DNA of 64,000 bases from an uncultured Candidatus Saccharibacteria bacterium. GTDB taxonomy: Bacteria > Patescibacteriota > Minisyncoccia > JAHISW01 > Tagabacteraceae. The stretch is from assembly GCA_964601305.1 (NCBI GenBank), contig CAZRMW010000001.1, positions 34,376 to 98,375 of the forward strand, given 5' to 3'. Shown here piece by piece: positions 34,945 to 44,626 of this stretch; the first letter of the stretch is position 1, and each line of letters begins with the position of its first letter. Below the pieces are notes generated by a model. The model was given only the letters and a program-made list of their open reading frames with translations, did no database searches and had not been told where the DNA came from. A program made the translations under genes and the position numbers.

Positions 34945-37608
34945 TTACGCTACTTTCACTTTATTTTTAGTTCTCTTTTTGGGTTTCTTTTTAGAAACAC
35001 CCTCTACTGCCAGCTCGTTATTCTTTACTTTTACACTCACCAAATCGCCTTTAGATATATTATCAGAAATAATTAGTTCGGCAACTGTATTTAAAATTTT
35101 GTTTTGAATTAGTCGCTTCAAAGGTCTCGCTCCATATTGTGGACTAAAACCTTGTTGCGCCAAAAGAAACAAAGCATCGTTTGATATTTTAAATCCAATA
35201 TCTTTCACCTTTAGTCTGTCTACAACTTCTTCTATTTGAATTTTAACAATTTCTTTCAAGTCGCCTGTTGTAAGTCTGTTGAAAATAACCACCTCGTCTA
35301 GTCTGTTTATAAATTCCGGTCTAAAACGAGTCTCTAATGCTCTATTAATTTTTTCCTTCAGAGATTGTTCTTGAGCTTTTTGTGTTGAACCAGTAGAAAA
35401 ACCGATTTGAGAAATTTTTCTCACATATTCAGAGCCTACATTTGATGTCATTATAAGAATTGTGTTTTTGAAGTTTACATGCCTCCCTTTTGCATCTGTA
35501 AGTCGTCCATTGTCTAAAATCTGAAGCATTATATTAAACACCTCTGGATGAGCTTTTTCTATTTCGTCAAAAAGAACTACAGAGTATGGCCTATGCCTAA
35601 TTGTCTCGGTAAGTTGTCCGCCCTCTTCATGCCCTACATAGCCCGGAGGAGAACCCATCATTTTAGAAACCGCGTGCTTCTCCATATATTCAGACATATC
35701 CACTCTAATAAGCGCCTTTTCGTCGTTGAACATAAATTTGGCAAGAGTTTTTGCTAACTCCGTTTTACCAATACCTGTTTGCCCCAAAAACATAAATGAA
35801 CCAATAGGTTTTTCCATATCTGAAATACCAGCTCTCGATCTACGTATAGCTTGAGCAATCTTTTTAATTGCCTCGTCTTGCCCTATTACTTTCTTTCTTA
35901 GAGTCTCTTCAATCTTAAGTAGTTTTTTAGCTTCAGTCTCAAGCATTTTATTTACAGGAATACCTGTCCACCTAGAAACAACATCAGCTATTTCTTCTTC
36001 TGTAATCTCTTCTTTAAGAACTTTTCTTGAAATCTGTAATTTCTTAAGTCTTGTTTCTTGTTTTCTAAGCTCTTCTTCAGCTTCTGGAATATTGCCATAG
36101 CGAATCTCTGCAACTCTAGTAAGATTACCCCTCCTCTCCTCATTGTCGGCCTCAAGACGCATTGTTTCTAATTCGCTTTTTAGTTGTCTTATTTGCAAAA
36201 TTGTTTCTTTTTCGTTTTTCCACTTAAGCTCTGTTGAAGAAACCTGTTCTTTTAGGTCATCTATTTCTTTGTTTATTTTTTTAATTTTTGTTTTGGCTTT
36301 GCTGTCGCTTTTTAAAGCTTCTTTTTCAATTTCCAAATTTCTTATTTTTTTATAAGTAATTTCTAAATCTTTAGGCATACTATCTAGCTCCAATCTAAGA
36401 GCAGATGAAGATTCGTCTATCAAATCTATCGCTTTATCCGGCAAAAACCTATCTGTGATATACCTACTTGAAAGATGTACCGCAGATTTTATAGCAGGGT
36501 CAGTAATACGAACACCATGGTGAAGTTCGTACTTTTCTTTTATGCCTCTTAAAATTGCTATTGTATCTTCTTGAGAAGGCTCTTCTACATAAATCGGCTG
36601 AAATCTTCTCGTAAGCGCTGGATCTTTTTCTATGTATTTTTGGTATTCTTTTAATGTAGTAGCTCCAACAGCTCGAAGCTCCCCTCTTGCCAAAGCTGGT
36701 TTTAACAAATTAGAAGCATCTATGGCGCCCTCTGCTCCACCTGCACCAATAATAGTGTGAAGCTCGTCTATAAAAAGAATCACTTTGCCTTTTGCTCTTT
36801 CTATTTCTCTCATCAACATTTTAAGCCTGTCTTCAAATTCTCCACGATATTTTGTGCCTGCTACTAAAGACCCAATATCTAAAGATATTACTTCTTTGTC
36901 TTTTAAAGAATCTGGCACCTCGCCTTGGGCAATTCTTTGACTAAGACCTTCTACTACAGCTGTTTTCCCGACTCCGGCCTCACCAATAAGCACTGGGTTA
37001 TTTTTTGTTCTTCTAGATAAAATTTGCATTATTCGCCTTATTTCTTCCTCCCTGCCTATTACTGGATCTAGTTTGTCTTCCCTCGCCATTTTAGTAAGAT
37101 TTCTGGAATATTTTTCTAAAATCTTGAGCTTGCTTTTTTCTGTGGCATCATGAACTTTTTGATCACCGCTAATATTTTTTAAAACATTTAAAATACTTTC
37201 TTTCTCTACACGATGCTTTAGTAAAATTTCTTTCGCTTTAGACTGAACTTCTGAAAGACCCAAAAGCAAATGCTCTGTTGATATAAAATTATTTCCAACA
37301 GTTTTTGCCACTTTGAAAGACGCTTCAATAACCCTACCTAAATCTGGGGTAAGGTATACTTGCTGAATAGGCATCACCACTCCTCCTCCACTTGATTCGT
37401 CAAGTTCGTCTAGTATAGAATCTGTTAGAAAATTAATGTCTATTTCTAATTTATCAAAAATTGAAAACACTACGCTATCATCCTGAAGCACTAGTGCAGC
37501 TAAAAGATGAAGCGTGTCGATCTGAGTTTGACCCCGCTCCATAGCTAGTTCATGTGCTCTTCTAATTGCTTCTTGAGCTTTCGCTGTAAAATTCGAAAAT
37601 GGTAACAT
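34945..37608 (-). CDS. clpB: ClpB disaggregase (two AAA+ modules plus middle coiled coil)
   Basis: N-domain, NBD1 Walker A GEAGVGKT, long M-domain coiled coil, NBD2 [12 protein letters not shown]; 887 aa. Confidence 0.9.
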   Translation of the reverse strand: MLPFSNFTAKAQEAIRRAHELAMERGQTQIDTLHLLAALVLQDDSVVFSIFDKLEIDINFLTDSILDELDESSGGGVVMPIQQVYLTPDLGRVIEASFKVAKTVGNNFISTEHLLLGLSEVQSKAKEILLKHRVEKESILNVLKNISGDQKVHDATEKSKLKILEKYSRNLTKMAREDKLDPVIGREEEIRRIMQILSRRTKNNPVLIGEAGVGKTAVVEGLSQRIAQGEVPDSLKDKEVISLDIGSLVAGTKYRGEFEDRLKMLMREIERAKGKVILFIDELHTIIGAGGAEGAIDASNLLKPALARGELRAVGATTLKEYQKYIEKDPALTRRFQPIYVEEPSQEDTIAILRGIKEKYELHHGVRITDPAIKSAVHLSSRYITDRFLPDKAIDLIDESSSALRLELDSMPKDLEITYKKIRNLEIEKEALKSDSKAKTKIKKINKEIDDLKEQVSSTELKWKNEKETILQIRQLKSELETMRLEADNEERRGNLTRVAEIRYGNIPEAEEELRKQETRLKKLQISRKVLKEEITEEEIADVVSRWTGIPVNKMLETEAKKLLKIEETLRKKVIGQDEAIKKIAQAIRRSRAGISDMEKPIGSFMFLGQTGIGKTELAKTLAKFMFNDEKALIRVDMSEYMEKHAVSKMMGSPPGYVGHEEGGQLTETIRHRPYSVVLFDEIEKAHPEVFNIMLQILDNGRLTDAKGRHVNFKNTILIMTSNVGSEYVRKISQIGFSTGSTQKAQEQSLKEKINRALETRFRPEFINRLDEVVIFNRLTTGDLKEIVKIQIEEVVDRLKVKDIGFKISNDALFLLAQQGFSPQYGARPLKRLIQNKILNTVAELIISDNISKGDLVSVKVKNNELAVEGVSKKKPKKRTKNKVKVA

Positions 37609-37620
37609 AACGCTATTACT

Positions 37621-38883
37621 CTACAAGTTTTTTGGTCTTTCGTCAAGTTTTATGGCTACATTCACCTCCTCTCCGTCTCGTAAAATTTTAATAGGAATTT
37701 CTTGCCCAACACGAGAATTATTTATAAGTTCACTCAAAATATTGTCTTTATTTAATTTTTTTCCATTAAACTCTAAAACAATATCTCCTTCTTTTAATCC
37801 TGCTTTTTCTGCTGGACTATCCTTCATTATAGCTGATTGTCCGTCCATCCCTCTTTCTAAAACTACTCCTTCTCCCTCCTCAACCAAATTGTATCTAACT
37901 CCCAAATAAGCAAAACGAACTTCTCCAAACTCTCTCACATCTGCCAAATTTTTCTTAGTTATATTTATAGGCAATGCAAAACCAACATTTTCTGCTTCTT
38001 GAGCTACTGCAGTATTTATGCCAACAACTTGCCCGTTTAAATTCAAAAGTGGCCCACCAGAGTTTCCATGATTTATAGCTGAATCGGTTTGGATAATTTT
38101 TTGCAGTGGCACAATTTCCCCAGTAGAACTTTGGGCTGCAATCTCTCTGTTTAATCCTGATATTATTCCAACAGAAACAGAATTTTGAAACTTTCCCAAA
38201 GTATTTCCAATAGCAACTACTGTTTGACCAGCTTTTATTTTATCTGAATTTGCAAAAGGGATATAATTAAATTTTTTATCTTTGTCTTCTTCAGGCCTGT
38301 CTGCCGGCGAGGCAGGCAAAACAACTTTTAGTATCGCTATATCTTGATATTGATCTCTGGCTAAAACATCTACAGAAAGTTTATCTCCATTTTTTAATAT
38401 AATTGAATACCTTGCGTCTTTATCAGCTACCACATGTTTGTTTGTTAATAAATATCCGTCGTTTGAAACAAAAAACCCAGTGGCAGTAGATACTTCTACG
38501 GCTTCTGTGCCATTTTGCCTATATTGTGGTACTTGTATTTCTGGAAAAAAACTATACGGATTTATGAAATATTTTTCTATTACTGGAATGTCTTTTGTGG
38601 CTACAACACTAACAACTGCAGGGGAGTATTTTTCTACCAAATTCACCACCAAGTCTTCCTGACTAACAGCGCTCAAAACATTTGCTTGTCCAATATTAAC
38701 ATTACCAGTACTACCAGGGGAAACAGTTTCTATCGTTTTTTCTATAACCTTACTTACAGTTTGAGTAATCGGAGAAGGAGCCTGTGTAACTAAAGTAGCA
38801 GTAACTATGCCTGTAAAAACAGAGGTTACAAAGGTAACTAAAAGAACCAATAATATAAATTGTGGTCTTGTAAGATCTTCCAT
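37621..38883 (-). CDS. HtrA/DegP-family serine protease with C-terminal PDZ, N-terminal TM anchor
   Basis: GNSGGPLLNLNGQVVGINTA (catalytic Ser), TNKHVV (His region), PDZ segment GLKEGDIVLEFNG. Confidence 0.85.
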   Translation of the reverse strand: MEDLTRPQFILLVLLVTFVTSVFTGIVTATLVTQAPSPITQTVSKVIEKTIETVSPGSTGNVNIGQANVLSAVSQEDLVVNLVEKYSPAVVSVVATKDIPVIEKYFINPYSFFPEIQVPQYRQNGTEAVEVSTATGFFVSNDGYLLTNKHVVADKDARYSIILKNGDKLSVDVLARDQYQDIAILKVVLPASPADRPEEDKDKKFNYIPFANSDKIKAGQTVVAIGNTLGKFQNSVSVGIISGLNREIAAQSSTGEIVPLQKIIQTDSAINHGNSGGPLLNLNGQVVGINTAVAQEAENVGFALPINITKKNLADVREFGEVRFAYLGVRYNLVEEGEGVVLERGMDGQSAIMKDSPAEKAGLKEGDIVLEFNGKKLNKDNILSELINNSRVGQEIPIKILRDGEEVNVAIKLDERPKNL

Positions 38884-38892
38884 GTGTTTTAA

Positions 38893-39336
38893 TTATACCT
38901 CTTTTTCTTCTTTTTTTAAATTCTCTATTACTTTTTTGAAAGCCTGATCAGCTAAAACAGAACAATGTACTTTTATTGCCGGAAGTCCGCCCAGTTCTTT
39001 TATAATATCTTGGGGTGTAATTTTTAGCGCTTCGTCTATCGTTTTCCCCTTAACCATTTCTGAAAAAACGGAAGTAGAAGCAATGGCCGTAGCACACCCA
39101 AAAGTCCGCCATTTTAAATCTTTTATTTTAGATTGCTTGCCCTGCCCGGCGGGGTCCAGTTTCACCCACATTTTCATTACATCACCACAAGCTGGAGAGC
39201 CAACTTCTCCCACAGCATCAAACTCCCCTTCTTTAGGGTCTTTGAGTAAAACATTTTTAGGATTGAAAAAATGATCTTTTACCTTGTCAGAATAAAACCA
39301 TTCTTGATCTTCTTTTTTTATATCTGCTTTTGTCAT
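38893..39336 (-). CDS. NifU/IscU-type Fe-S cluster scaffold
   Basis: SPACGDVM, TFGCATAIAS conserved cysteines; start at MTKADIKK (39336). Confidence 0.8.
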   Translation of the reverse strand: MTKADIKKEDQEWFYSDKVKDHFFNPKNVLLKDPKEGEFDAVGEVGSPACGDVMKMWVKLDPAGQGKQSKIKDLKWRTFGCATAIASTSVFSEMVKGKTIDEALKITPQDIIKELGGLPAIKVHCSVLADQAFKKVIENLKKEEKEV

Positions 39337-39507
39337 TTTATTTATGTTTATTAATTCAAAAAACAATATTAAATTTTAAAAATTTATCGCAGGCTGAGCG
39401 GGCATGGTTTTTTCTGAAAGAAAAAGAGCGAAGCCGAGATATAAGCAAATTTTTCACGCTGGGAAAAATATTGCGTTTTTTAAAATTTAGATATTGGTTT
39501 TTAGAAA

Positions 39508-40725
39508 TTATCTCACAGAAGAAATTCCTTTTAATTTTAAAATAATATCTGGCAAAATTTTTAATACATAGTCTACTTCTTTTTTTGTAGTCTCTTTGCC
39601 CATCGTAAATCTAAGCGAACCATGAGCATATTCATGTCCCATACCAATCGCACGTATCACGTGTGAAGGCTCCAAACTATCCGAAGTACACGCCGAGCCC
39701 GTAGAGCAAGCCACGCCCTTAGCATCAAGATATAGCACCATTGCTTCTCCCTCCACACCACGTACAGATATATTTACATTATTAGGAAGCCTATCTTCTC
39801 TTGAACCATTTAAAACACTGTTTGGTATCGTTTTTAATAATTTATCTATAAAATAATCCCTAATTCCAATAAGTCTTTTTGATTCTTTTTCTTTATTTTT
39901 TTGAACTAATTCAAGCGCTTCTCCAAAACCCACAATTCCAGATACATTTTCCGTACCAGACCTTAAGCCCATTTCTTGCCCACCGCCTACGACCATCGGA
40001 TCTATTTTAATTCCTCTTTTTTTATAGAGCATTCCTACACCCTTTGGCCCATATATTTTAGAACCATTTAAAGTCATTAAGTCTACACCCAATTTCAAAA
40101 CATTTAGATCCAAATAAGCCGGTGCTTGCACAGCATCTGTATGTATCAGTGGAGTTTGCAGGTTGTAGGTTGTAGGTTGTAGGCTTTTTTTGAAATTTCT
40201 GATTATTTTTGCGATTTCACGAATTGGCTGTATAGCACCAATTTCATTGTTTGCATACATTATAGAAACCAAAACAGTCTCTTTTCTTAAAGATTCCTTT
40301 AATTGTTTCAAATCTACAATGCCATTTTTATCTACATTTAAATAAGTAATTTCCCAGCCACTTTTTTCTAATCTTTCACAAGCATGAAGCACAGCGTGAT
40401 GCTCTATTTTTGACGTAATAATATGCTTGACACCCTCTCTGTTGGAAGTCGGACTTCCAACAGAATTGGCTATGCCGAAAATTGCTAAATTATCACTCTC
40501 TGTGCCACCGCCAGTAAAAATAATCTCGTCTGAATGGGCGTTTATTGTCTGTGCCACTTTTAATCTAGCCTCCGAAATTGCTTTTTTGGCTTCCCTGCCT
40601 TCTTCATAAATAGAAGATGGATTGCCAAAAACATCGCTAAAAAACGACTCCATTGCTTTTTTAACTTTTGGATCTAAATATGTGGTAGCTGAATGATCTA
40701 AATATATCCTTTTATCTTTATTCAT
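39508..40725 (-). CDS. iscS: cysteine desulfurase (class V aminotransferase, IscS/NifS)
   Basis: YLDHSATT, LNGSKIYGPKGVGMLY (PLP-Lys), SGSACTS (catalytic Cys loop); start at MNKDKRIY (40725). The upstream 33 codons of the track ORF are a repeat element. Confidence 0.85.
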   Translation of the reverse strand: MNKDKRIYLDHSATTYLDPKVKKAMESFFSDVFGNPSSIYEEGREAKKAISEARLKVAQTINAHSDEIIFTGGGTESDNLAIFGIANSVGSPTSNREGVKHIITSKIEHHAVLHACERLEKSGWEITYLNVDKNGIVDLKQLKESLRKETVLVSIMYANNEIGAIQPIREIAKIIRNFKKSLQPTTYNLQTPLIHTDAVQAPAYLDLNVLKLGVDLMTLNGSKIYGPKGVGMLYKKRGIKIDPMVVGGGQEMGLRSGTENVSGIVGFGEALELVQKNKEKESKRLIGIRDYFIDKLLKTIPNSVLNGSREDRLPNNVNISVRGVEGEAMVLYLDAKGVACSTGSACTSDSLEPSHVIRAIGMGHEYAHGSLRFTMGKETTKKEVDYVLKILPDIILKLKGISSVR

Positions 40726-40761
40726 AAAAAAATTATACGATTTTTTTGCATTATTGGCAAA

Positions 40762-40790
40762 CAAAAAAGCCCTGTGCAAGCAGAGCTTTT
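40762..40790. terminator. hairpin AAAAAAGC-cctgtgcaagcag-AGCTTTTT
   Basis: A/T-flanked stem between iscS start region and the end of the thioredoxin-fold gene. Confidence 0.35.
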
Positions 40791-40816
40791 TGAGTAAGTT
40801 TGAGCGAGGTCCAACC

Positions 40817-41410
40817 TCACTCATTTAAAATTTTGTCGATTAGAGCGGCCGTTTTATCGACAGTTTTAACCGGATTATTATAAAAATTATACCGCACAAC
40901 CCCCTTTTTGTCGACAATGACAAGGTGGGGCCAACCTCCTAACCCATACGAAGCTGTCGCCTTTATAACTCCAGACCCATGTTGTTTTTTGCTAACAATC
41001 AAGACCGTCGATAAAAAAGGTCCAAACTTTGTCTTAAACCCTTCAAACTCTTGAGGGTTTTTTGATGTCCACGGCACGCCCACAACTTTCACATCCTCGC
41101 GCGACTCATACTTTTCCGCCAGTTTATTCAGAACTTTGACCTGCTCACGGCAGAGAGGCGCACCAGGTCACCAGAAAGCCAAAACAGTAACACTCCCTTT
41201 AGAAAACTCGGAGAATTTCACATTGTCTCCGGTATCAATATTGGTTGCCGTAAAATCCGGCGCCATTTTGTCCACTGCGGAATTTGTTTCAACAACAACC
41301 ACCGGAGTGTCCTCTTCCACGGAAGTATTGAAGGCACCTGCTGTGCCAACAAAAAGAAGTGAGAAAATCGCCATCGCCAGAATCGTTAGAGTTAAAAGTC
41401 TCGTTTTCAT
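40817..41410 (-). pseudogene. disrupted thioredoxin-fold (TlpA/AhpC-TSA-like) secreted protein gene, GC-rich
   Basis: N-terminal part (signal peptide ...APDFTATNIDTGDNVKFSEFSKGSVTVLAFW) stops at an in-frame TGA exactly where the redox motif is expected (FW-TGA-PGAPLCREQ). C-terminal part (VKVVGVPW...GWPHLVIVDKKGVV) is in another ORF. GC content clearly above its neighbours. Confidence 0.5.
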
Positions 41411-41470
41411 CGCTCTTCTCCTTGTATTGTTTAGGTTTTGTAAAATAAATCTCTATCCCTAGATAAGCAT

Positions 41471-42121
41471 TTAAAAATACTCTTGTAAATAGCACTTTCT
41501 ATGAACATCCAAAATACCATTTTTCTTTATTGCTTCGTAATGTTTTTTTGTACCATATCCTTTGTGGCAGTCGAAACAATATTCTGGATAAATTTTGTGT
41601 AGTTTTTTCATTTTTCTATCTCTTTTTACTTTCGCCATTATTGAAGCAGCAGAAATAATAGAAATTTTTTCATCTCCCTTTATAACTGTTTTTTGATTAT
41701 AATGTTTCGGCGCCTTTAACCCTCCGTCTAATAAAACTAAACAATTTTGCGTCGACATCGGGTGTCGATGTAGATGTAGTTTTCGCAAAGCGTGATTTAA
41801 TGCTAGTTTTGTAGCTTTTTGTATACCAATTTTGTCTATAACTTTTGGACCCACCATTGCCACGCTATAGCTAAAATTATTTTTTATTATTTCAAACCAA
41901 TCTTCTCTTTTTTTTTCAGAAAGCTTTTTAGAGTCTTTTATACCTTTCAAAAATTGAAAATTGAGTTTTGAAAATTTATTGAAAATTGAAAATTGAAAAT
42001 TAGAAATTGTTGTTGCAACAGCAGCAACTGCCACCGGTCCGGCCAGTGGCCCTCTCCCCGCCTCGTCTATTCCAACAATAATGCATTCTTTTTTATCCTT
42101 CATATTCTTCATTAACTTCAT
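41471..42121 (-). CDS. rnhB: ribonuclease HII
   Basis: GIDEAGRGPLAGPV, DSKKLS, ASIMAK motifs; contains two apparent in-frame DNA-repeat insertions. Confidence 0.85.
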   Translation of the reverse strand: MKLMKNMKDKKECIIVGIDEAGRGPLAGPVAVAAVATTISNFQFSIFNKFSKLNFQFLKGIKDSKKLSEKKREDWFEIIKNNFSYSVAMVGPKVIDKIGIQKATKLALNHALRKLHLHRHPMSTQNCLVLLDGGLKAPKHYNQKTVIKGDEKISIISAASIMAKVKRDRKMKKLHKIYPEYCFDCHKGYGTKKHYEAIKKNGILDVHRKCYLQEYF

Positions 42122-42262
42122 ATTACCATTTTAGATAAATTATCCAAAAATCATCGACCGCATAAAATTGGATAGTTTTTAAAAACAAAAACATCATACA
42201 TCCTTGGCGATAGCACTAGATATATGATGTTTAAGATAGACAAAACAAAACAGAAAAAAGCA

Positions 42263-42308
42263 GAGCCCTCGTAAGAGGGCTCTTTTTGTTTTGTTCCGCT
42301 GGAGCGGA
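42263..42308. terminator. two GC hairpins (AGAGCCCTCgtaaGAGGGCTCT with A/T flanks; GTTCCGCTGGAGCGGAAC)
   Basis: Perfect stems immediately 3' of the GC-rich minus-strand gene. Confidence 0.5.
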
Positions 42309-42315
42309 ACAGTGA

Positions 42316-42696
42316 TCAACATCCGTTGCGTGCAACCGGTCGGTAGACGGCGATATTCCGCAGAGATCCGATGGCGTCCATGTAAGACCAATGCCGGGAT
42401 CTGACGATGTCGTATAAATTGAGTTTACGGGTGGCGCTGGCAATGTTCATCCGGAACTTTCCATTATAGTAGATGACGGCAGTGGCCAGCAGAGCAAGGG
42501 TGAAGATGGCAGCCGCGACGACCACGATCAGTGGCAGCGCCGGTCCGAAGGTTATGGTGGTAAGACTCGAAAAACTTTTCAGCATGGTGCCGATGACGCC
42601 GACGCTCGCAGTGGCCGATGCCGTCATCGCCGTGATGGTAACTCCAACTACGAGGGCAACAATGAGCCCTATGAGAAATACGGCAAATCTGTTCAT
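42316..42696 (-). CDS. GC-rich small membrane protein (2-3 TM), likely horizontally acquired
   Basis: 126-aa ORF; Ala/Val/Thr-rich TM helices; region 42190..42720 much GC-richer than the flanks. Confidence 0.5.
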   Translation of the reverse strand: MNRFAVFLIGLIVALVVGVTITAMTASATASVGVIGTMLKSFSSLTTITFGPALPLIVVVAAAIFTLALLATAVIYYNGKFRMNIASATRKLNLYDIVRSRHWSYMDAIGSLRNIAVYRPVARNGC

Positions 42697-42847
42697 AACA
42701 TCCTCCTTTTGTGCCTATTTAAAGGCTTTTTGTGGGAAAATCCCGTTTCAAACTTATATTTGGTTTTTAAACCTGATATTTAGTATACTCTTATACAAAA
42801 CATTGTCAACCCCGTCATTCGACGAGGCGAAGCCTCTTTGTGGATAA

Positions 42848-44608
42848 TTATTTGAGCTTCTCTATCTCTTTGCTAAGATATTTCTTCATTTTTACTACAG
42901 TGCTTTTCAACCCTTTTAGAGAATTATTTATCATTTCTTTGTCTTCAGATTTAAATTTTTGTTTTTTCAAACTCTTTTCTAAATCTTCCATATCGTTTTC
43001 CATAAGTTTGCTCAGTTTTTTTATATCTCTTCCAACAATTATTTTATATGCGCTCCTTTTCTCTTTTTCAGAAACATAATACCAAGCCACAAAAGATCCA
43101 ACAGAAGAAAAAATTAAAACTAAAATAATAACTATCTCAAACCACCCGAAATCCACAACACCCAAAGAAATTATTGTTTTTGCTGTAATTTTAAAAGATA
43201 TTGGCTCTGTATTGTAGCTTACGCCACCCCTATCGTCTCTTGATGAAATCAAAAACTTATATTCTCCCCCCTGAAACGGCTCTTCTATTACAACTTCCCA
43301 ATTGCCAACCTTATTGCTCTCTGAAAAAGTAGTAAAAATTATCTGATCATCTTTTAAAATCTTTACATCCACAAACCCATTTGGAACAGCCTTTCCAGAA
43401 GCAAACAAAAACTCGCCTCCAGAAACTTTTTTTGTTATAAAATCTACTACCGGTTTTTCAAGAGGAATTATTTCAAACTTAATGTCATCTTCCACGCTGT
43501 TTCCTGCCTTATCGAAAACACGCACCACTAAATCGTGCTCCCCTGGAGATTGAGGAGGCAACAACAAAAACTCATCTGTAGATTCTACCGCCTCTTTTCC
43601 ATCAATAAAAATCAAAGCGTGAGAATAACCAGAAAGACTATCTTGTGTTTTAAACTCTATCTCGGGGACAGGATTGTCGCTAACAAACGAACTGATTTGC
43701 GTTTCAAAAGGGAGAGGTGAAGTTGTGTCTATGGCAATTTTATAATGAGTCACCTCTCCCCAACCTTTATTGTTTTTAAATTGTACATGTACATAGTGTA
43801 TTCCTTCACTCAAAACTCCTATATTTTTACCTGTAAAAAGTTCTTCTTCGGAAGTGGTAGGCTCTGACGACACTTTTGCGTTTACCTCTACTGCAACTTT
43901 TATTACATCTTCAGGAACATCCCACAAAACTATTGTATTTCCTTGGTGGTTGTACCATTTCCCATGCTCAGGATAAAAAGGAACTCTAACAACCGGAGCC
44001 TCGGGCGCATCTACTGCTTTTACAGCTACTCGTTCAACTCTTTGCGGAAGCTCTTCTTTTTCAACCTCTTGCGGAACAAAAGGGATTTCAGCTTCTATAG
44101 TTTTTGCGCCAATTTTTATTTTTGTGCCTGCCATTTCAGAAAGCACATTTGTGCCTTTTCCATCGTTTGCAGTAACCACAGATTCATCAAAAGAAATGTT
44201 TGCAACACCAGTACCAACAACCTTGAAGTTTATTCTAACAATTTGAAGTGCCCCACCAGAGACACCCTTTGCAGTGCCCCCGATAAAACTTACTCGCCCC
44301 AGCTCATTGTTTATTTCTGGTTCGTCTATCCAAAAATTAAAAACAGAACTATTTTTATCTGTACTAACAACCTCTAAAATATTGTTCGAAAAATTTACTG
44401 TAGACTGAACCGCATTTATAAAAACATCGCTTGTATCTACTTTTACATCTACAGAAAATTCCTGTCCACGCGCAAAAGTCTTCCCTTCTGGAAGCAAATA
44501 AAGAGTAGATGCATTAGCAGAAGGCGCAAACGCCAGAATAAAGAATAAAGAATAAAGAATAAAGTTGCTTAACTTTAAAATATTCATAATTCGTGATTCA
44601 TAATTCAT
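42848..44608 (-). CDS. type-I membrane-anchored surface protein with N-terminal cohesin-like domain and Ig-like middle region
   Basis: Signal peptide; GQEFSVDVKVDTSDVFINAVQSTVNFSNNILEVVS...VRINFKVVGTGVANISF resembles cohesin; C-terminal TM plus basic tail; N-terminus paralogous to 58607..59602. Confidence 0.55.
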   Translation of the reverse strand: MNYESRIMNILKLSNFILYSLFFILAFAPSANASTLYLLPEGKTFARGQEFSVDVKVDTSDVFINAVQSTVNFSNNILEVVSTDKNSSVFNFWIDEPEINNELGRVSFIGGTAKGVSGGALQIVRINFKVVGTGVANISFDESVVTANDGKGTNVLSEMAGTKIKIGAKTIEAEIPFVPQEVEKEELPQRVERVAVKAVDAPEAPVVRVPFYPEHGKWYNHQGNTIVLWDVPEDVIKVAVEVNAKVSSEPTTSEEELFTGKNIGVLSEGIHYVHVQFKNNKGWGEVTHYKIAIDTTSPLPFETQISSFVSDNPVPEIEFKTQDSLSGYSHALIFIDGKEAVESTDEFLLLPPQSPGEHDLVVRVFDKAGNSVEDDIKFEIIPLEKPVVDFITKKVSGGEFLFASGKAVPNGFVDVKILKDDQIIFTTFSESNKVGNWEVVIEEPFQGGEYKFLISSRDDRGGVSYNTEPISFKITAKTIISLGVVDFGWFEIVIILVLIFSSVGSFVAWYYVSEKEKRSAYKIIVGRDIKKLSKLMENDMEDLEKSLKKQKFKSEDKEMINNSLKGLKSTVVKMKKYLSKEIEKLK

Positions 44609-44626
44609 AATTCTTTTGTATTAAAA

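Noticed and set aside
33669-35000. Integrated prophage or integrative element at the tRNA genes
   Set aside because: tRNA 3'-end duplications are present, but the segments between the repeats are only 100-220 bp, with no integrase or phage genes. Interpreted as small structured elements or remnants instead.
40725-40824. N-terminal extension MSEVGPRSNLLKKLCLHRAF... on iscS
   Set aside because: It contains a copy of the palindromic element (GAGCGAGGTCCAACCTCACTC). The canonical IscS N-terminus (MNKDKRIYLDHSATT) starts at 40725 with a better context.
41093-41170. Selenocysteine insertion (SECIS) at the in-frame TGA of the thioredoxin-fold gene
   Set aside because: A stem including the UGA exists, but no selA/selB/selD or tRNA-Sec is visible, a second frame disruption follows within 25 nt, and a CxxC alignment requires two frameshifts. 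Kept only as a low-probability note inside the pseudogene finding.
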